Part shown: in pieces, positions 49,494 through 62,118 of the stretch
Layout: the number at the start of each line of letters is the position of its first letter
Numbering within the stretch: the first letter of the stretch is position 1
NCBI GenBank assembly: GCA_010093705.1
Contig: MU006097.1
Location: 507,905 to 571,904 of the forward strand
DNA length: 64,000 nt
Source of the DNA: Patellaria atrata CBS 101060
Taxonomy: Eukaryota
Direction of reading: 5' to 3'
The notes under the pieces: model-generated
What the model was told of the DNA's origin: nothing
Databases searched by the model: none
The model's input: the letters and a program-made list of their open reading frames with translations, nothing else
Translations under genes and position numbers: made by a program

Positions 49494-50550
49494 ATGGTAC
49501 ACTTCAGTTCTAAATCTCAGCCGAAAGGCCTTAGTCTCCTGAGCCTTCCCCTTGAACTCCGCTACGAAATATACAACCATCTCATGATCAGCAACGGAAC
49601 TGTCCCCAAAAGCATCTTTCAAACCAACGTTGGCCGTAAAGAGGTTGAGCGTTGTCGAGCTGTGCAAGATTGGGGTTGCTTCTATGCAGGCATAAGTTTC
49701 CCGTACTTCCCATATATGCCAGAACTACACGTAAACCGCCAAATCCGCGCTAAATTCCTACATCATTTTAGATTATCTTAAACTTAGAATCCCGGGATTT
49801 TGATGAGAATAGCAAACAGTATATCCCTTTCTTTAATGCAAAGCTACTCGTATCACCGATATAAGGCCGTCTATGGATGTACAAGTACCATACTAACGAT
49901 AATGCAGTCTAACGTCTTTTTCGAATGGTGCACCAACAAATAAGCACGGTCGATCTCTTTGAAACTTCTCTTGGTCTTCTCTCCTTCTACGCTCTAAAAC
50001 TCCTCACTATCAACGTCAAAATATCTCGGGAATGGTGGGTAATCCGACCCGGAGACACTATCCCTAAATGCATCAGTAGTTTCATTGGGCAGTTCTCGTC
50101 ACTGGAACAGCTCAACATCTACGTCGTCAGCGACGAATTATGCTCAGTTATGTTTCCCCAGACGATTGGAACGGACAATCTCAAGTACCTCGTCCGCATT
50201 AGTAAACACCTGGACTCCTGCTTCACGCTCGACTCGCTGGAGTACACACTTTACCAGTGGAGCCAAATGTGTACCAATTTACTGATTCTCGATATTGGGG
50301 ACTTCTGGAAATCTGTTTCCCTACGACGGCTGGATTTGTTTTTTCTAGATTTGATCACACCTGGTTCAATGTCACGCGTACTGTTCAGGCAGACACAAGA
50401 GCGTGTAAATGCTCCAGGTGATGTATCGGTATGTGGTGAAAATGGAGACTGGGCAGAGAGAATTTAAATTTGAGAGAGCACAACTTATAAATCAAGCGCA
50501 GAAGCCAAGATTATCCGATTTCAGATGGGCGACATAATAAGGAGGCAAAA
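49494..50550 (+). pseudogene. Decayed F-box-like gene, copy A of a tandem pair
   Basis: LLSLPLELRYEIYNHL...LHVNRQIR ends at a stop at 49781. A downstream fragment reads LKYLVRISKHLDS...LILDIGDFWKS. Confidence 0.6.
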
Positions 50551-51133
50551 GGACCGTCCTAAATCGCTTTTAAAGATCATTTACAAAGACTTAGTATGAC
50601 TTAGATATCCAAATAGATCGTCACTCTAACTTAAGTCTTTTCGAGCGTGTTACTGTAGCTCTCAAGACCACAGGAAGGAGTGAAAATGCATTTTACAATA
50701 TTAACCCTTAATCCACATAACGCTCAAAACTCCAATACCTTCAGCCGCTATGCAACTACGATCTTACACATATCAATGTTATGATGGAACTACCTTACCG
50801 TGTGGTCCCATTGAGCACCGAAGCTGGAGAGCATTACGTAAGCCTTACAGACTTCATCAACCCACCCTCTCACATTTCTTTTCATATGCTTAACAAACCA
50901 CGTTGTAGATTAGATGAAGTCTTTTCGTGAAACCTAGTAAACTCATAGTTCTAGTAAGGTAAGCTAGTATATCGAGAAATAGCCTCTGCAAGTTGACAGA
51001 TATCATTATCCAAGCATTAATATATCACTTATGAGACCTGATGATAATCAGTAGGTTTGGAATCAATGTGTGTGCACAATTGATAGATTGGCGTTGTCAA
51101 ATTTTAGGTTTTTACTGATTTTTATAGAAAGAA

Positions 51134-52210
51134 ATGGCAGATCCTCAGTCTAGATCAGTGTCGGAAGTCAGTCCTCTCCTGACACTCCCTCTGGAACTCC
51201 GCTACGAAATCTACGGTCATCTCTTGACCTCCAGCAGCAGAAAGATCCACTCAAACACGTCTACTGAGACATTCGAAGGATTGATTGGTTTTCCTCGTTT
51301 CCTGTACATCATAACCTTACACATCGACCGTCAGATCCGCCGTGAAATTCTGCACTATTACAGATGATTTTTGGAGTAACGATCCAGTGGCTATGGGTAG
51401 TACCTATTTATTTTGCTTATTCTTCCATTGTTATCTTTGTGATCGCACCTGCAGGTTATATATCACTTATTTGAGCGAACTCTTTCCAAATCATTATATT
51501 TAGGCACTGAAAACATGCACACCCCCATGTCGCATTGGGCACAAGTTTGGTTCATCCACCTTGCGTTAATATTTCACACGTCTGACTCTCCTAGATACTA
51601 TGTTATATGTACCACAGTGTATGGACTAGGCATCTCCTTATCCGATACACTTCAAGGAATCTTCCCCCTTTTCAGCAATCTGAAATGTCTCGAGATCGAC
51701 GTCCTCGCCAGTCTAGCGATCAGAGCACCGGTAGCTGGACTCGACTCACAACTAGAAAGGAATGTCATCCACAATTATCTTCTCGCCGTTATCGTAGCGC
51801 TACCCAGGCTTGATCAGCTCTACACTGTGATCTGGTCTCCATGCGTATGTCTTTGGTCCCAAAATTATGACCTGAGGTACTTGGTCCGCATCAACGAGCA
51901 TCTAGATTCCCGCTTTACAAAAACGGATGGTTCCTGGAAAGGTCGGTCCATAAATCTGTTCATCCTCCACATAGGCGATATCTGGAAATCAAGCTCCCCG
52001 CGGCGATCCACACGTATTATCCCTCGTTGTGACGTGAATTATCGACATCTGCAGACCCCAGTGCCACACTTCGCGCAAGTGCAAGAGCGGGTCCCCGGCT
52101 CCGATGAAGTTACCGTCCAGGACCAGGCAGGCTTCTGGAAGGATTCAAAGTTCAGACTTTTGGGCTCACAATTTGGTGGTTCGGAGAAAGAAGATAGGGA
52201 TTGCCCGTGA
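51134..52210 (+). pseudogene. Decayed F-box-like gene, copy B of a tandem pair
   Basis: LLTLPLELRYEIYGHL...LHIDRQIR ends at a stop at 51367. A downstream fragment reads LRYLVRINEHLDS...FILHIGDIWKS. Confidence 0.6.
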
Positions 52211-53046
52211 GAACTTGAGTTCTTCGATAACCGAGTATTGCACTTTTCGCTGGGCCACTGTTTGAAGGGTCACTATAAAACGCATTCTATGGCCGTGGAT
52301 GTTAAAGCGCTTCGCTTACCTTGTTTCAAGTCATTGGCCCCATCACAGTGCAGTTCCTCACAAATCACTGTACTTAAAGGTAGCATGGCACAATCTCCCA
52401 ACAACGCTGGGGCCAGATTGGTATAACCTCTATAGCCACAAAAGTTATGACTTTGGGGTATCTCACCTTCTCCCGACTCACCTTTCCAATTAGTTACGGC
52501 ACAGACACTTCTCTTCAGATTATGATTGCCATGTCAGTGCGATATGGTATGAATCATGAGGATACATGGAGTAAGCATGGTGTTTAGGATACTAAAAATT
52601 AAGTCTTCGGACAATTCACTCAACGTCAACTTCTTCTTACTGAGGTGCTGAATATGAACACTGTTTTTGTATTAGGAAATTAGTACTGTAAACAACCATA
52701 TGATGATTTCGCCACCCGCAAGACCCCCTCCCCTATCCACAAGATCCCTCCCCCGTAGACTTCAAAATCTCAGCTCTATGATTATAACACGCAGCAAGAC
52801 AACATTTGTATCCCGCGCCTGAATTGTGCTTTCAAGCCACAGGTCAACTCACCTTCCCAGGGTTCTCACAAATCGGAATTAAGATTGATATTCATATTGA
52901 TATGTTTTTCAGATTCAATAAATATTAATTCCCGACCAAATCACCGTTCCATACCTCAAGTTCACACGCTCAAAATACCTGCTCAGAAAGTAAAGCGCCA
53001 GAACTGACCCCAGAGATCACCTAACCACGCCGCTGGAGAATTGGAC

Positions 53047-54682
53047 CTAAGCCTCAAAATCGTTCAACCAGTGCTTAATTACGACCTTCCCTTCGTCGAA
53101 ATCCTTCTTCTGACTTCTCACAATCACGGCCGCATGGCTATGAGCACTATTATGGATATATACTGGATACTTCCTGAACCCCACATCGTCCAGCGCCTGG
53201 ATCATAGAGAACTGCGTAGGTGTTAAGGCCAGAGTCGGGAACTCCATTTGATGTTTCGGAATCTCATCCTGACTTCCACCATCTCCGCTCGCACTAGAAC
53301 TTGTCTTCTCGGTCGCAAAGCCCGATAGTGAACGGCTAGTCTTAGGTCTTAGCAGCGGAGAGTGCGGCGTGACTAACTCCTCCGTTCCGGCTGGGAGGTA
53401 TTCTTGGCTTTGTGTGCTGTTTATGTTTTCGAAAACGCCTTCGGCTGTTCGTCGCACGTCGTCTACCATGAGTGGAAAACTGTACATCGTTGGGCTCAGG
53501 GCTGTTTTGCCCTCATGGTGAAGTCTGATTCTTTGCCGGCTACGGATTGATTGTACGCCGCAATTGATCAGGAAGAGAACGGTTCCAATGGGTATGAATA
53601 TGATGAGAAAGAGCCCAATGGGAACTTTGCCCAATACGGTGCGGCTGCTCCCTGCAAGACGTCGTGTAAATGCGGGAAGTTCCTCATGGTTCTCCTTCGG
53701 AGTGACTGGATTCTCTCCATCGATCACAACGGGCTCGTAGCCCGGGACGTAGTTGATAGTGACGTCTTTCAGGTTTACGAACGGATCTATACGTGAGATT
53801 CCGGTGGTGTAGAAAACGGCCGACCGATCGTTTACGATGTTTGCATAGAGACTCTTATGCCTAAATTTTTCTAGTCCCTTAATGAACACACTTGATGGGT
53901 CTGCAAGCAATGCTAGAATGGGCCGTCCGGTGTCACGGAATGAATCTATCATGAACAGCTGTCGTCCTGACGTTGAGAGGGTCCGCGCACCCAGGACATT
54001 CCAGATGTGGTTGTGCCATCCGAGAAGGGGAGTTCTAACGCCCAAATGTGGGGTGACGAAGGTCGTGAAGTTCTGGAAATTACTTGTGTCAATACCGGAT
54101 GAATGTAGTATGAATAGAACAAATCTCACTCACAACCGGTTCCAATTTGTCAAACCATCCTTTGTGATATAAGAGGCCAATCGTGTATCGCGAGACCAGT
54201 CCTCCTAAGGAGTATCCAATGATACTTAGCTTTCTGATATGGGTTCCACGCTGAGATAGTTCTTCGAGCTTCTCTTCAATCTCGTTCGTGACACGTTCCC
54301 CACCAAGTTCAACCCCGTCATACGTGAAGCTCCCAGAATTTTCTTTCGCGACGAGGATGTGGACTTTGTCTTCAGAGAATTTCTCCCTCAGCGCCGTGGC
54401 CATATAGCTCATATGACATGGATTTCCCCATAGCCTGTGCCAACAAGGTTAGCTGAAGACCCATTGGAGGAAGGATTTTGGTAAGAGTACAACTGCTCAA
54501 TGAGCTACAAGCCACATAAATTCAAAGACGTCTGAAATCTCTGGATTAATGATCGGACCTTTGAATTCATAAGTGTCTCTGGTCGCAATTCGACGCTGCA
54601 AGCATGTTTTTACTGTGGCTTACCCATGAACCAATACGCATAAATGATCAGCAGTACAATTGCTAGAAGATTGCGTGTGCAT
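53047..54682 (-). CDS. DUF676 serine esterase/lipase (Rog1/Lpl1-like); first intron 54623-54435, second intron near 54130-54080
   Basis: ADHLCVLVHGLWGNP, TYDGVELGGERV, nucleophile motif GYSLGG, FTTFVTPHLGVR, YANIVNDRS and HSHAAVIVR. One hydrophobic segment. Confidence 0.9.
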
Positions 54683-55653
54683 TGCTCGGAATGCGGTGAC
54701 GATTGTTCTGTCCAGACTGGAGAGGGAGAATGGAAGTGCCATGTAATAGAAGAAATAAAAGAGAATACCCAGCAGGCGGTCCTCCTTTTAGCCCGCTGGG
54801 CTTTCACACGGTAGTGAGACCTTATCGGAGCACGACCTTAGTTTTCTGTCTCGTAAATTATTGTGCAGTGACGACAGCACCTTGGGAAGTACGTAAACGG
54901 AAGCTAAAATGCGGCTAAATCTTAGTTCTAGGAGCTGCAGGGACCAAGAAACGTTGAAGTCCTGTTCTCTTAGAAGAATATATGTGATGTATGATGAAGA
55001 GGGTGGGGAAAAAAAATCTTAAGAGACAATGTACGAGAAGAGACTTGAGAAAAAGATTATGAGTTTAAGGTATGGGGAAATGACTTCAAACGGAAAGAAT
55101 GTTAAACTGGAAGGAACAACCTGAAGGGGAAGTCACTGGGAGCTGGGACCACATGTACCTCGCTATCTTATCTTGCACCAAGTTAGAGACGTCGACGAGC
55201 CATACTATTGAACTTGGCTCATGGTATGCGGTTTATCGGGAAGCTAAACAAACAACTTTGTTACCTGTAGGTCTTCTTAAGCCAATTCCTTTTTTGTAGG
55301 TCTAATCTAGACTAATGATCTTGTCGATTTTCTACGCGCTTGCTTCCCAATTGTGAGATTGATCAAGGCTAACTCGAGTCCTAAGACAGCCTAAGTGCTT
55401 TATTCGACCACTTCAAAGTGGGATCCACATGCGTCCGCTGTCAGTTCAAGTCAACTCTACACGTCCTGACCGCTATCTATCTTGATAGCTTCATGTGCTC
55501 CTATAACACCCATTTGATTCATGATCGTTAGACCGTCTGTCGTTCTTGGCAACATTATATCACACATGATCCAATCACACTACTCCAGATCAGGCTATAA
55601 CAATAATCTATGAATCTGAAACTGATATTCTAATTCCCACCATCCAAAAAAAA

Positions 55654-57645
55654 ATGTTCACGGCAAAAGGTCTATTCAAAACCATACCATGCCCGACCGG
55701 AGATCAATGTCGTCTTCCTAACTGCATGTTTCTTCATGAAGATCCATGGAAATCGGTAAAGGAAAATGAGAGTACAGAACCCCAATCTAGAGCTGCATCA
55801 ACTCCCTCGGATTCCTTCCAAGAGACGGGCGATCGGAAGAGGCGCAAGTTGGAAGATGGTAAGAAGGCGGCGGTACCGTCTGAGGGACCCAGACCCAGCG
55901 AAACTTCAGAAAGAAAACCTTTCACTGGTCTCATAGCGCCAAAGGTAAACACGACATCAAAACCCACAGCTGTCCGGCCGGTTGTTTTGAGTAGTGTTAG
56001 AAGAGCTGTATCGCCACCTGCAGTCGCACCTAGGAACAAACTGCAAGCCGTACAGCAAACCAGTTCTCAACCAAAGAAAGAGGTCACCGAAACACTCAAT
56101 CCACGTCTAGTCCCAAATGACCCTGCGGGGCATGCAGTACGGAGGACGTACCTTGTGAAACTTCACGAACTTGTAGGGTTATTGAATACTCAGATGTTAA
56201 AGAGTGATGATCCCGAAGATAAAGCCTTGTATCTCAGTGATCAACAGCTGATAAAAGCTGTCCTTGACGAGGAAGAAGGGATCGCCCGAAACAATGGCCC
56301 TGTTTATGCGAATATCATCAAATTAAGGATGGTAGCATATAAGAAGATGAAATCGGAGGAGTGGAAAAAGCTGAGACTGGAAGCATGCGAAACTAAAGAG
56401 CAAAAGGCTGCGAAGAAGAGAAAAGGTGTCACCATAGAGACAGGTCTCAGTGCTGCAGAGGAACTGCTCATGCTGAAGAGATTCGTTGCGCCCAAAGAAG
56501 GTCTTCAGAATTTTGGCTACGTCATGTCGCCGCCTACGAAGGAAGAAATAGAATCAGCGAAGAAAGGAGTAGAAGCGTCAGATCACTGGGAACTCTGTGA
56601 TCGCTGTAGCACGCGTTTTCAGGTCTTCCCTGATCGGCGGGAAGACGGTGCGTTAACATCGGGCGGGACTTGTACTCACCATTGGGGAAGACCGTTCAGA
56701 AATAGAAAAGACAAAACCTCAGTATATACTTGTTGCTCGGAAGCCATCGGTAGCCCAGGATGTACTACCAGGGAAACTCACGTATTTAAGATATCAGAGG
56801 GTAAAAGGTTGGCTACAATTCTACCGTTTATCGACACGCCGATGAACCCAACAGCACAATCTCACAGTGCCGTGGCATTCGACTGCGAGATGGGCTACAC
56901 ATCGTACGGATTGGAACTTATACGCTTGACTGCCACATGGTGGCCTAGTGGCGAGCCTTTGCTAGACGTTCTTGTCAGACCTCTTGGTGCTATACTTGAC
57001 CTAAATTCGCGGTTTTCCGGAGTATGGCCAGAACAATTTTTCAATGCCCAGGAATTTGAATCTAAGGGGCCCCAATATCCATTTCCTAAATCCACGCCAG
57101 AAGGTAAGGAGAAAGGAGTAAAAAACCCCAACCCATCATCAGAATTGCGCATTGTCTCAGATCCAGCCGCGGCGAGGTCCCTCCTACTTTCACATATTAC
57201 GACGACGACTCCATTGATTGGACATGCGATGGAAAATGATTTGAATGCGATTCGGCTGGTTCACCCTACAATAGTAGATACGATCCTCTTGTTCCCCCAT
57301 CCGCAAGGTTTACCGCTCCGGTTTGGCCTGAAGAACCTCGTCAAGCAATATCTGGAAAGAGATATCCAAACTGCAGGTGCAGCTGGACATGACAGTCTTG
57401 AGGATGCCCGAGCTACTGGAGACCTAGTACGGTGGAAAGTTGGCATGGATTGGAAGAGACTCCAAGGGGATGGATGGACGGTGAGAAATGGTGAATTCTT
57501 CGCGCCCTTGCCGTCGCAAGATTCGATTCCCGAGAAGGCTCAACTTCCAGCGCACAATATGGAAAATGTCATTCGCTCAGAACAGGCTAAGAAAAACAGG
57601 AAGAGGCCGAAAGACGAAGTGACCCCTGAACGAGAAGTTGCATGA
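55654..57645 (+). CDS. REX3: RNA exonuclease Rex3-like (DEDDh) with an N-terminal CCCH-like finger
   Basis: CPTGDQCRLPNCMFLH, CDRCSTRFQVF...CTHHWG, and DEDDh motifs AFDCEM, GHAMENDL and HDSLEDA. Confidence 0.9.
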   Translation: MFTAKGLFKTIPCPTGDQCRLPNCMFLHEDPWKSVKENESTEPQSRAASTPSDSFQETGDRKRRKLEDGKKAAVPSEGPRPSETSERKPFTGLIAPKVNTTSKPTAVRPVVLSSVRRAVSPPAVAPRNKLQAVQQTSSQPKKEVTETLNPRLVPNDPAGHAVRRTYLVKLHELVGLLNTQMLKSDDPEDKALYLSDQQLIKAVLDEEEGIARNNGPVYANIIKLRMVAYKKMKSEEWKKLRLEACETKEQKAAKKRKGVTIETGLSAAEELLMLKRFVAPKEGLQNFGYVMSPPTKEEIESAKKGVEASDHWELCDRCSTRFQVFPDRREDGALTSGGTCTHHWGRPFRNRKDKTSVYTCCSEAIGSPGCTTRETHVFKISEGKRLATILPFIDTPMNPTAQSHSAVAFDCEMGYTSYGLELIRLTATWWPSGEPLLDVLVRPLGAILDLNSRFSGVWPEQFFNAQEFESKGPQYPFPKSTPEGKEKGVKNPNPSSELRIVSDPAAARSLLLSHITTTTPLIGHAMENDLNAIRLVHPTIVDTILLFPHPQGLPLRFGLKNLVKQYLERDIQTAGAAGHDSLEDARATGDLVRWKVGMDWKRLQGDGWTVRNGEFFAPLPSQDSIPEKAQLPAHNMENVIRSEQAKKNRKRPKDEVTPEREVA

Positions 57646-57916
57646 TTGGATATTTCTCAATTGGATATGGATATCTCAATCTAGATAATACATATACCCT
57701 GTACTTTAATTTACTATCACTTGAGATTCAACGGTCTCTCATCAGGAAGTAAATTTAGTCTATCTGCTGCATGACTAGTAACGTACATGACGTGTTCACA
57801 AAATAATATGTCGCGGTGTCACATGATCGCTCTAAAACTAGCTGCTTTCCCGTTGCGACCCTGAAGCTCAAGCACGACACCTAATCGTCAACGAATCCCC
57901 TCTTCATTCCACGAAT

Positions 57917-59801
57917 ATGACCGAGGCAGAGGACAAAGAAAAGGCCGAGAAATTAGCTGCGGCTAAAAAGCGCGTACGGTCCCTAAGAAGCTTTCAACTG
58001 AGTTGTGGCGCAAATGCATCCCTTGCTAATATTAATTTCGAGCACAGTTCGAGCAATTGAAGAAACAGAAGAAGGGCGCGAAGGGCGGCGCTTCCAAGAA
58101 AAAGGAAGACAAGACAGAGCCAGAAGCTGAAGCTGAATCCTCAGCTCCCGCGGAAAAGAGAGACGATGCGGTAGAGGACAAATCAGAGGAGGATCCTCCC
58201 CCGAAAACCATCGAAGACGAGGCGTCGGAAGAAGTTGCAGAGGAGATATCGCCTCCGAAGTCAAAACCATCGCATGATCGAAAAGTATCACTATCAGTTC
58301 AATCGAAGGCCCGTTCAGAGTCCTTCCGACTAGGCTCAAACGCTCAATCACTATCGTCACCTATATTACAAGGTTCAGGAGGCGACGCCGTACAAGACGT
58401 TTACAGAAAACAGGCACAAAGGATAGAAGAATTAGAGAAAGAAAACAAGAGATTACAAACCGAATCGAACGACGTCCAATTGCGATGGAGAAAGACGGAG
58501 GAGCAACTAGAAGAGTTGATGGAGGCAAATGGCGAGTTTGCAGAGCTGAGAAGCAAAGCAGATCAAGCAGATTTAAGAGGAGAAGAGATTGAGAAACTCG
58601 TGAGCACAAGTTCACTTATACTTAATCTTTCTATTACTAATGCGCTAAGAAAAATGAATTAACGGCCCTCCAACGACAACATACACAGCTTCAGTCCCAA
58701 ACTTCTAAACCGCGGCGTATGACCACTTCTAGCCCTTCAAGCAAAGAAGATCTTTCCGCCGAATTAGCCTCCAAATCAGCCGCAGTGGAGTCCTTGGAGC
58801 TTGAAATTTCAAAGTTAAACAACCAACTAACGAAATCAGAAGATGAAAACAACAAACATCTCGAGCGTATTACTGCTCTTGAAACTAATCTTGAACGATC
58901 TGAAAGAGCTGCCTCATCTTCGGCAACCGAACTTTCAGACCTAAAAAAGAATCTTGAGCGCGCCTCAGAAACAGCTGTAAAGGAAGGCTCATCAAGGACC
59001 TCGGCCGAAACTCGCATAGCACAGCTTGAAGCAGAACTTGCCACCGCGCAACGTAGTGCGGATTCCGCAACCAAACGTGCGGAAACGCTCGAGAAGAAGC
59101 TAGAGACTCTGACAACACTACATCGCGAAGCAGATGCGCGTAACCAAGCCAAAGCCCGCGAAAAGGAAAAGGTCGAGCGCGAGGCTAAAGAGCTCAGAAG
59201 TCGAATTACCAATCTCTCTAACGAAAATGCCAGACTGAAGGAAGCTTCAGACAGCCGACGCAAAGCGGAAACCGAAGGCCATGATGACGGCGTCGATGAG
59301 CTTGAAGACGCAGAACACTCGCGTCTCATGGCACGTATCCGCGAGTTAGAGGAAGAATGTTTCGATCTGCGCCGTGGAGTCTGGCGGGACCGTCGCCGTG
59401 AAATGCAACCGGGTCTCGACGATTCGGCGGGCAGTGGCGATCCCGCAGCCGGCTTCCATGATGTTGATCTTGATCAGTCTCCCCGCCGTGGACTTTCTGC
59501 TACCTCGTCCACCCCGCAACGCTCGGGCAGCACTTTCCAGGATGTGATCAATAGCGGCATCAGTGCGTTTACGGGAGGAACGAAAGACAAGCATGGACGG
59601 AAGCAGAGCGTGGCGTTATTAAGTGAGGATGGGAGTGAGTTCGGGTTTGATGAGGATGCGTGGAAGTTAGCTCAGGAGGAAGAGGCGAAGAGACGCCTTG
59701 AGAGGGTCAAGGAAGTCAAGAGAGGCTTGAATGGCTGGAAAGGGTGGAAAGTTGATATTGTAGACTTGAGAGCAGGATGGGGAGGTGTGTTTGATGTTTA
59801 G
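57917..59801 (+). CDS. Long coiled-coil (golgin/'M protein repeat'-like) protein; introns 57974-58047 and 58600-58649
   Basis: N-terminus KAEKLAAAKKRFEQLKKQK, extensive heptads, and C-terminus RLERVKEVKRGLNGWKGWKVDIVD. Confidence 0.8.
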
Positions 59802-60264
59802 AGGTATGTATTTCTATGATACTAGCTGGTGTTAAGTGGAACTGCGTCAAAGCCAGAGCGTACACTGGCTCATTATATTGATTACGCCCGACGAATACTT
59901 CCCATTAAGATTCTGAAGCAGTTAAAGATGTCAATATCTAAAGATGAGAGTTCTATTAGGTATATTACAAGTTTACGCAAAGCTGACCAATAGCATGCTC
60001 CAAACACCGCCACTTCTTCACCGGAACCTGAGGTGAGCCGGAAAGAGCTTCGCATGTGTCTTAGGTTAAGCTCCCCCGGGGCTAATTTAGTGACCTTTCC
60101 CTTATATAAACTCCATCTATCCGAATATGAAAAGCCGTTCTCCCTTTCGCGTCCAAATCAACACACTGTTGCCTCAGTATGCAATTAGAGATACACCAAA
60201 GGATGTATAGAGCACCACTACCTTAATATCTTTTCCCTAAGAGCTAGGAGTATGTCCTTCATCC

Positions 60265-60908
60265 ATGTCGAGTCGCACGATCTCCTCTCATGTTTCCCCT
60301 CCACCTTCCAACTTCGTCTGGTCAGGTAGAGACACCGGCTGCGAGTATGGACGAGATGAAACGCTCCCTTTGAGGGTCGTAACAAGCCTTGGGGGGTCAG
60401 TCGACAAAGTTCTCTGCAAAAGCTTTACGTTTGCTCGTAAAACGGTTCATTGGCCACGACGAATCTCCAAGGCTGAAATTCAGCGTGAGGTCAACATACT
60501 AAATTACGGCATCCACATATCATTCGGCTCATCGGATCTTACTTCTAAGGCCGTTCTTTACGCATTATACTATATCCCGCGGCGGAATCTGATCTAGGCA
60601 GAATCCTTGGGAATATTGAAGACGATAAGTTTGAAGGCAAACTTGCGTTTCCTTTACGTGGACCGCAAGCTGTGATTTTATGGAGCTTCCTTGGCTGTCT
60701 AGCTGAGGGCTTGAGTTTCATTCACGCAGCTAAAATCAAGCATAAAGATATCAAACCGCAGAATATACTCGTACATAATGGTATCTGCATGTTTGCGGAC
60801 TTCGGAATCTCCGAGGACTTCGAACAGCGAGCGCTAAGTATCAGTACATGCCCAACAAAGTTCATACCCATGGTAAGTTCTCAAACCATGATAGATACAG
60901 ATGTGTAA
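60265..60908 (+). pseudogene. Protein kinase pseudogene
   Basis: Subdomains ARK (II), E (III), HPHIIRLIGSY, HKDIKPQNIL and ADFG. It has a frameshift near 60503, an in-frame TAA at 60546-60548 and a degraded Gly loop, and no APE or later subdomains were found. Confidence 0.8.
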
Positions 60909-61337
60909 GCTTATACGACAGCGGTATATAAACCAATTAGAAACATATATGGGTCAAACATCTTCAGCAGTTACATTTCTTCTAGACATTTTCTTCGATA
61001 TGGACGTCTGGTCTGCCACAACCATTTCAAGAATTTAAGAACTCAATACTTTTTCTCTCAAAAAGACCAAGGATATTTTACTACCTGCTCAAAAGATTTT
61101 ACTACGAGCTGACAGCAGGTGAGAGGACAATGTTTGCGCTCCAAGGATTTCAGACTGCAAATTTAGCAGTCGTGACAAGAAATAGCATTTCTTCTCTTTC
61201 TGCGATTAGACCTATCTGGCTGGATGTTTTGACTGGTTTAGGCTCTTTGAATGCCTGTACAGCCAATCACTGCTCTAATAAGAGTCTTCCTGGTCTACTC
61301 CACAGTACCCTAATTTCCGCTGTTCCCTGTACAACTG

Positions 61338-61538
61338 ATGGACTGCAGAGCTACCATATGCACATTCAGCTATAACCGAGCCTTTTCACGGATTCTGGAG
61401 TTCCAGAGACATCATGATATCAAACCCGCAAATATCCTCGTACTCACTTGCAAATGGCTATCATTGGACTCTGATTGGATGTTGTCTACTGTCCCCAATC
61501 ATGAACTCGATCGTGGCCAGGATCCCTTGATCTCTTAG
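61338..61538 (+). pseudogene. Second short kinase relic (HHDIKPANILV)
   Basis: Catalytic-loop-like motif only. Confidence 0.4.
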
Positions 61539-62025
61539 CTCTTCATGTTAAGATGTCTAAAATATAAAAGGGACGAAGCTCTTCGTAATCTGCATACGCG
61601 CAAGCTCAATCGAAGGAATCGCGGCCGTCTGCAAGCCCCGTGCGGCAATTGCGGCGGCTACCCCAAGTCGAAGAAGCATAGAAGGTTGTGGGCCGTGATG
61701 GGCAAAAAAGGAGCCGGTGGGCTATAGCGTTCTTTAAATTTGGTGGTGTATCGATATTAGTAACTTCTGTGCGAATAATTTCACGGAGGAATTTGCGATC
61801 TTGATCGAAATAAATGATACCCCGGAAGCAAATGTATTTTATGTAATGTTATATCATGATGTTATATGTGCTTGATCCACGCGTGAGGAAGGGGAACTTT
61901 TTTGATAGCGTTATCTGCATTCCAGTTACATGATTGGGGTCCGACATGACCCGTCCAGAACCGGCTTGACAGCATGCCCAGCTCTCTAGTACTAAGAATC
62001 CACCATCCGATATCATTAAAAGCGA

Positions 62026-62118
62026 CTACGAATTCCAAAGAGCTGGATCGACCTCATTAGTGTCGTCCGCTTCATACTCCTTCATCAGGCGTGTTGAAGT
62101 CCCGCAATTGGAGCCCAT
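62026..62118 (-). CDS. Possible 30-aa microprotein MGSNCGTSTRLMKEYEADDTNEVDPALWNS
   Basis: CACATC-ATGG start context, preceded by a ~350-nt pyrimidine-rich leader with CATCAA repeats typical of fungal 5' UTRs. No larger gene follows. Confidence 0.45.
   Translation of the reverse strand: MGSNCGTSTRLMKEYEADDTNEVDPALWNS

Noticed and set aside
62026..62118. Resemblance of the 30-aa peptide (STRL...ADDTN) to MSDIN toxin precursors
   Set aside because: It lacks the MSDIN leader and the Pro residues flanking the core, and no prolyl oligopeptidase gene is nearby.
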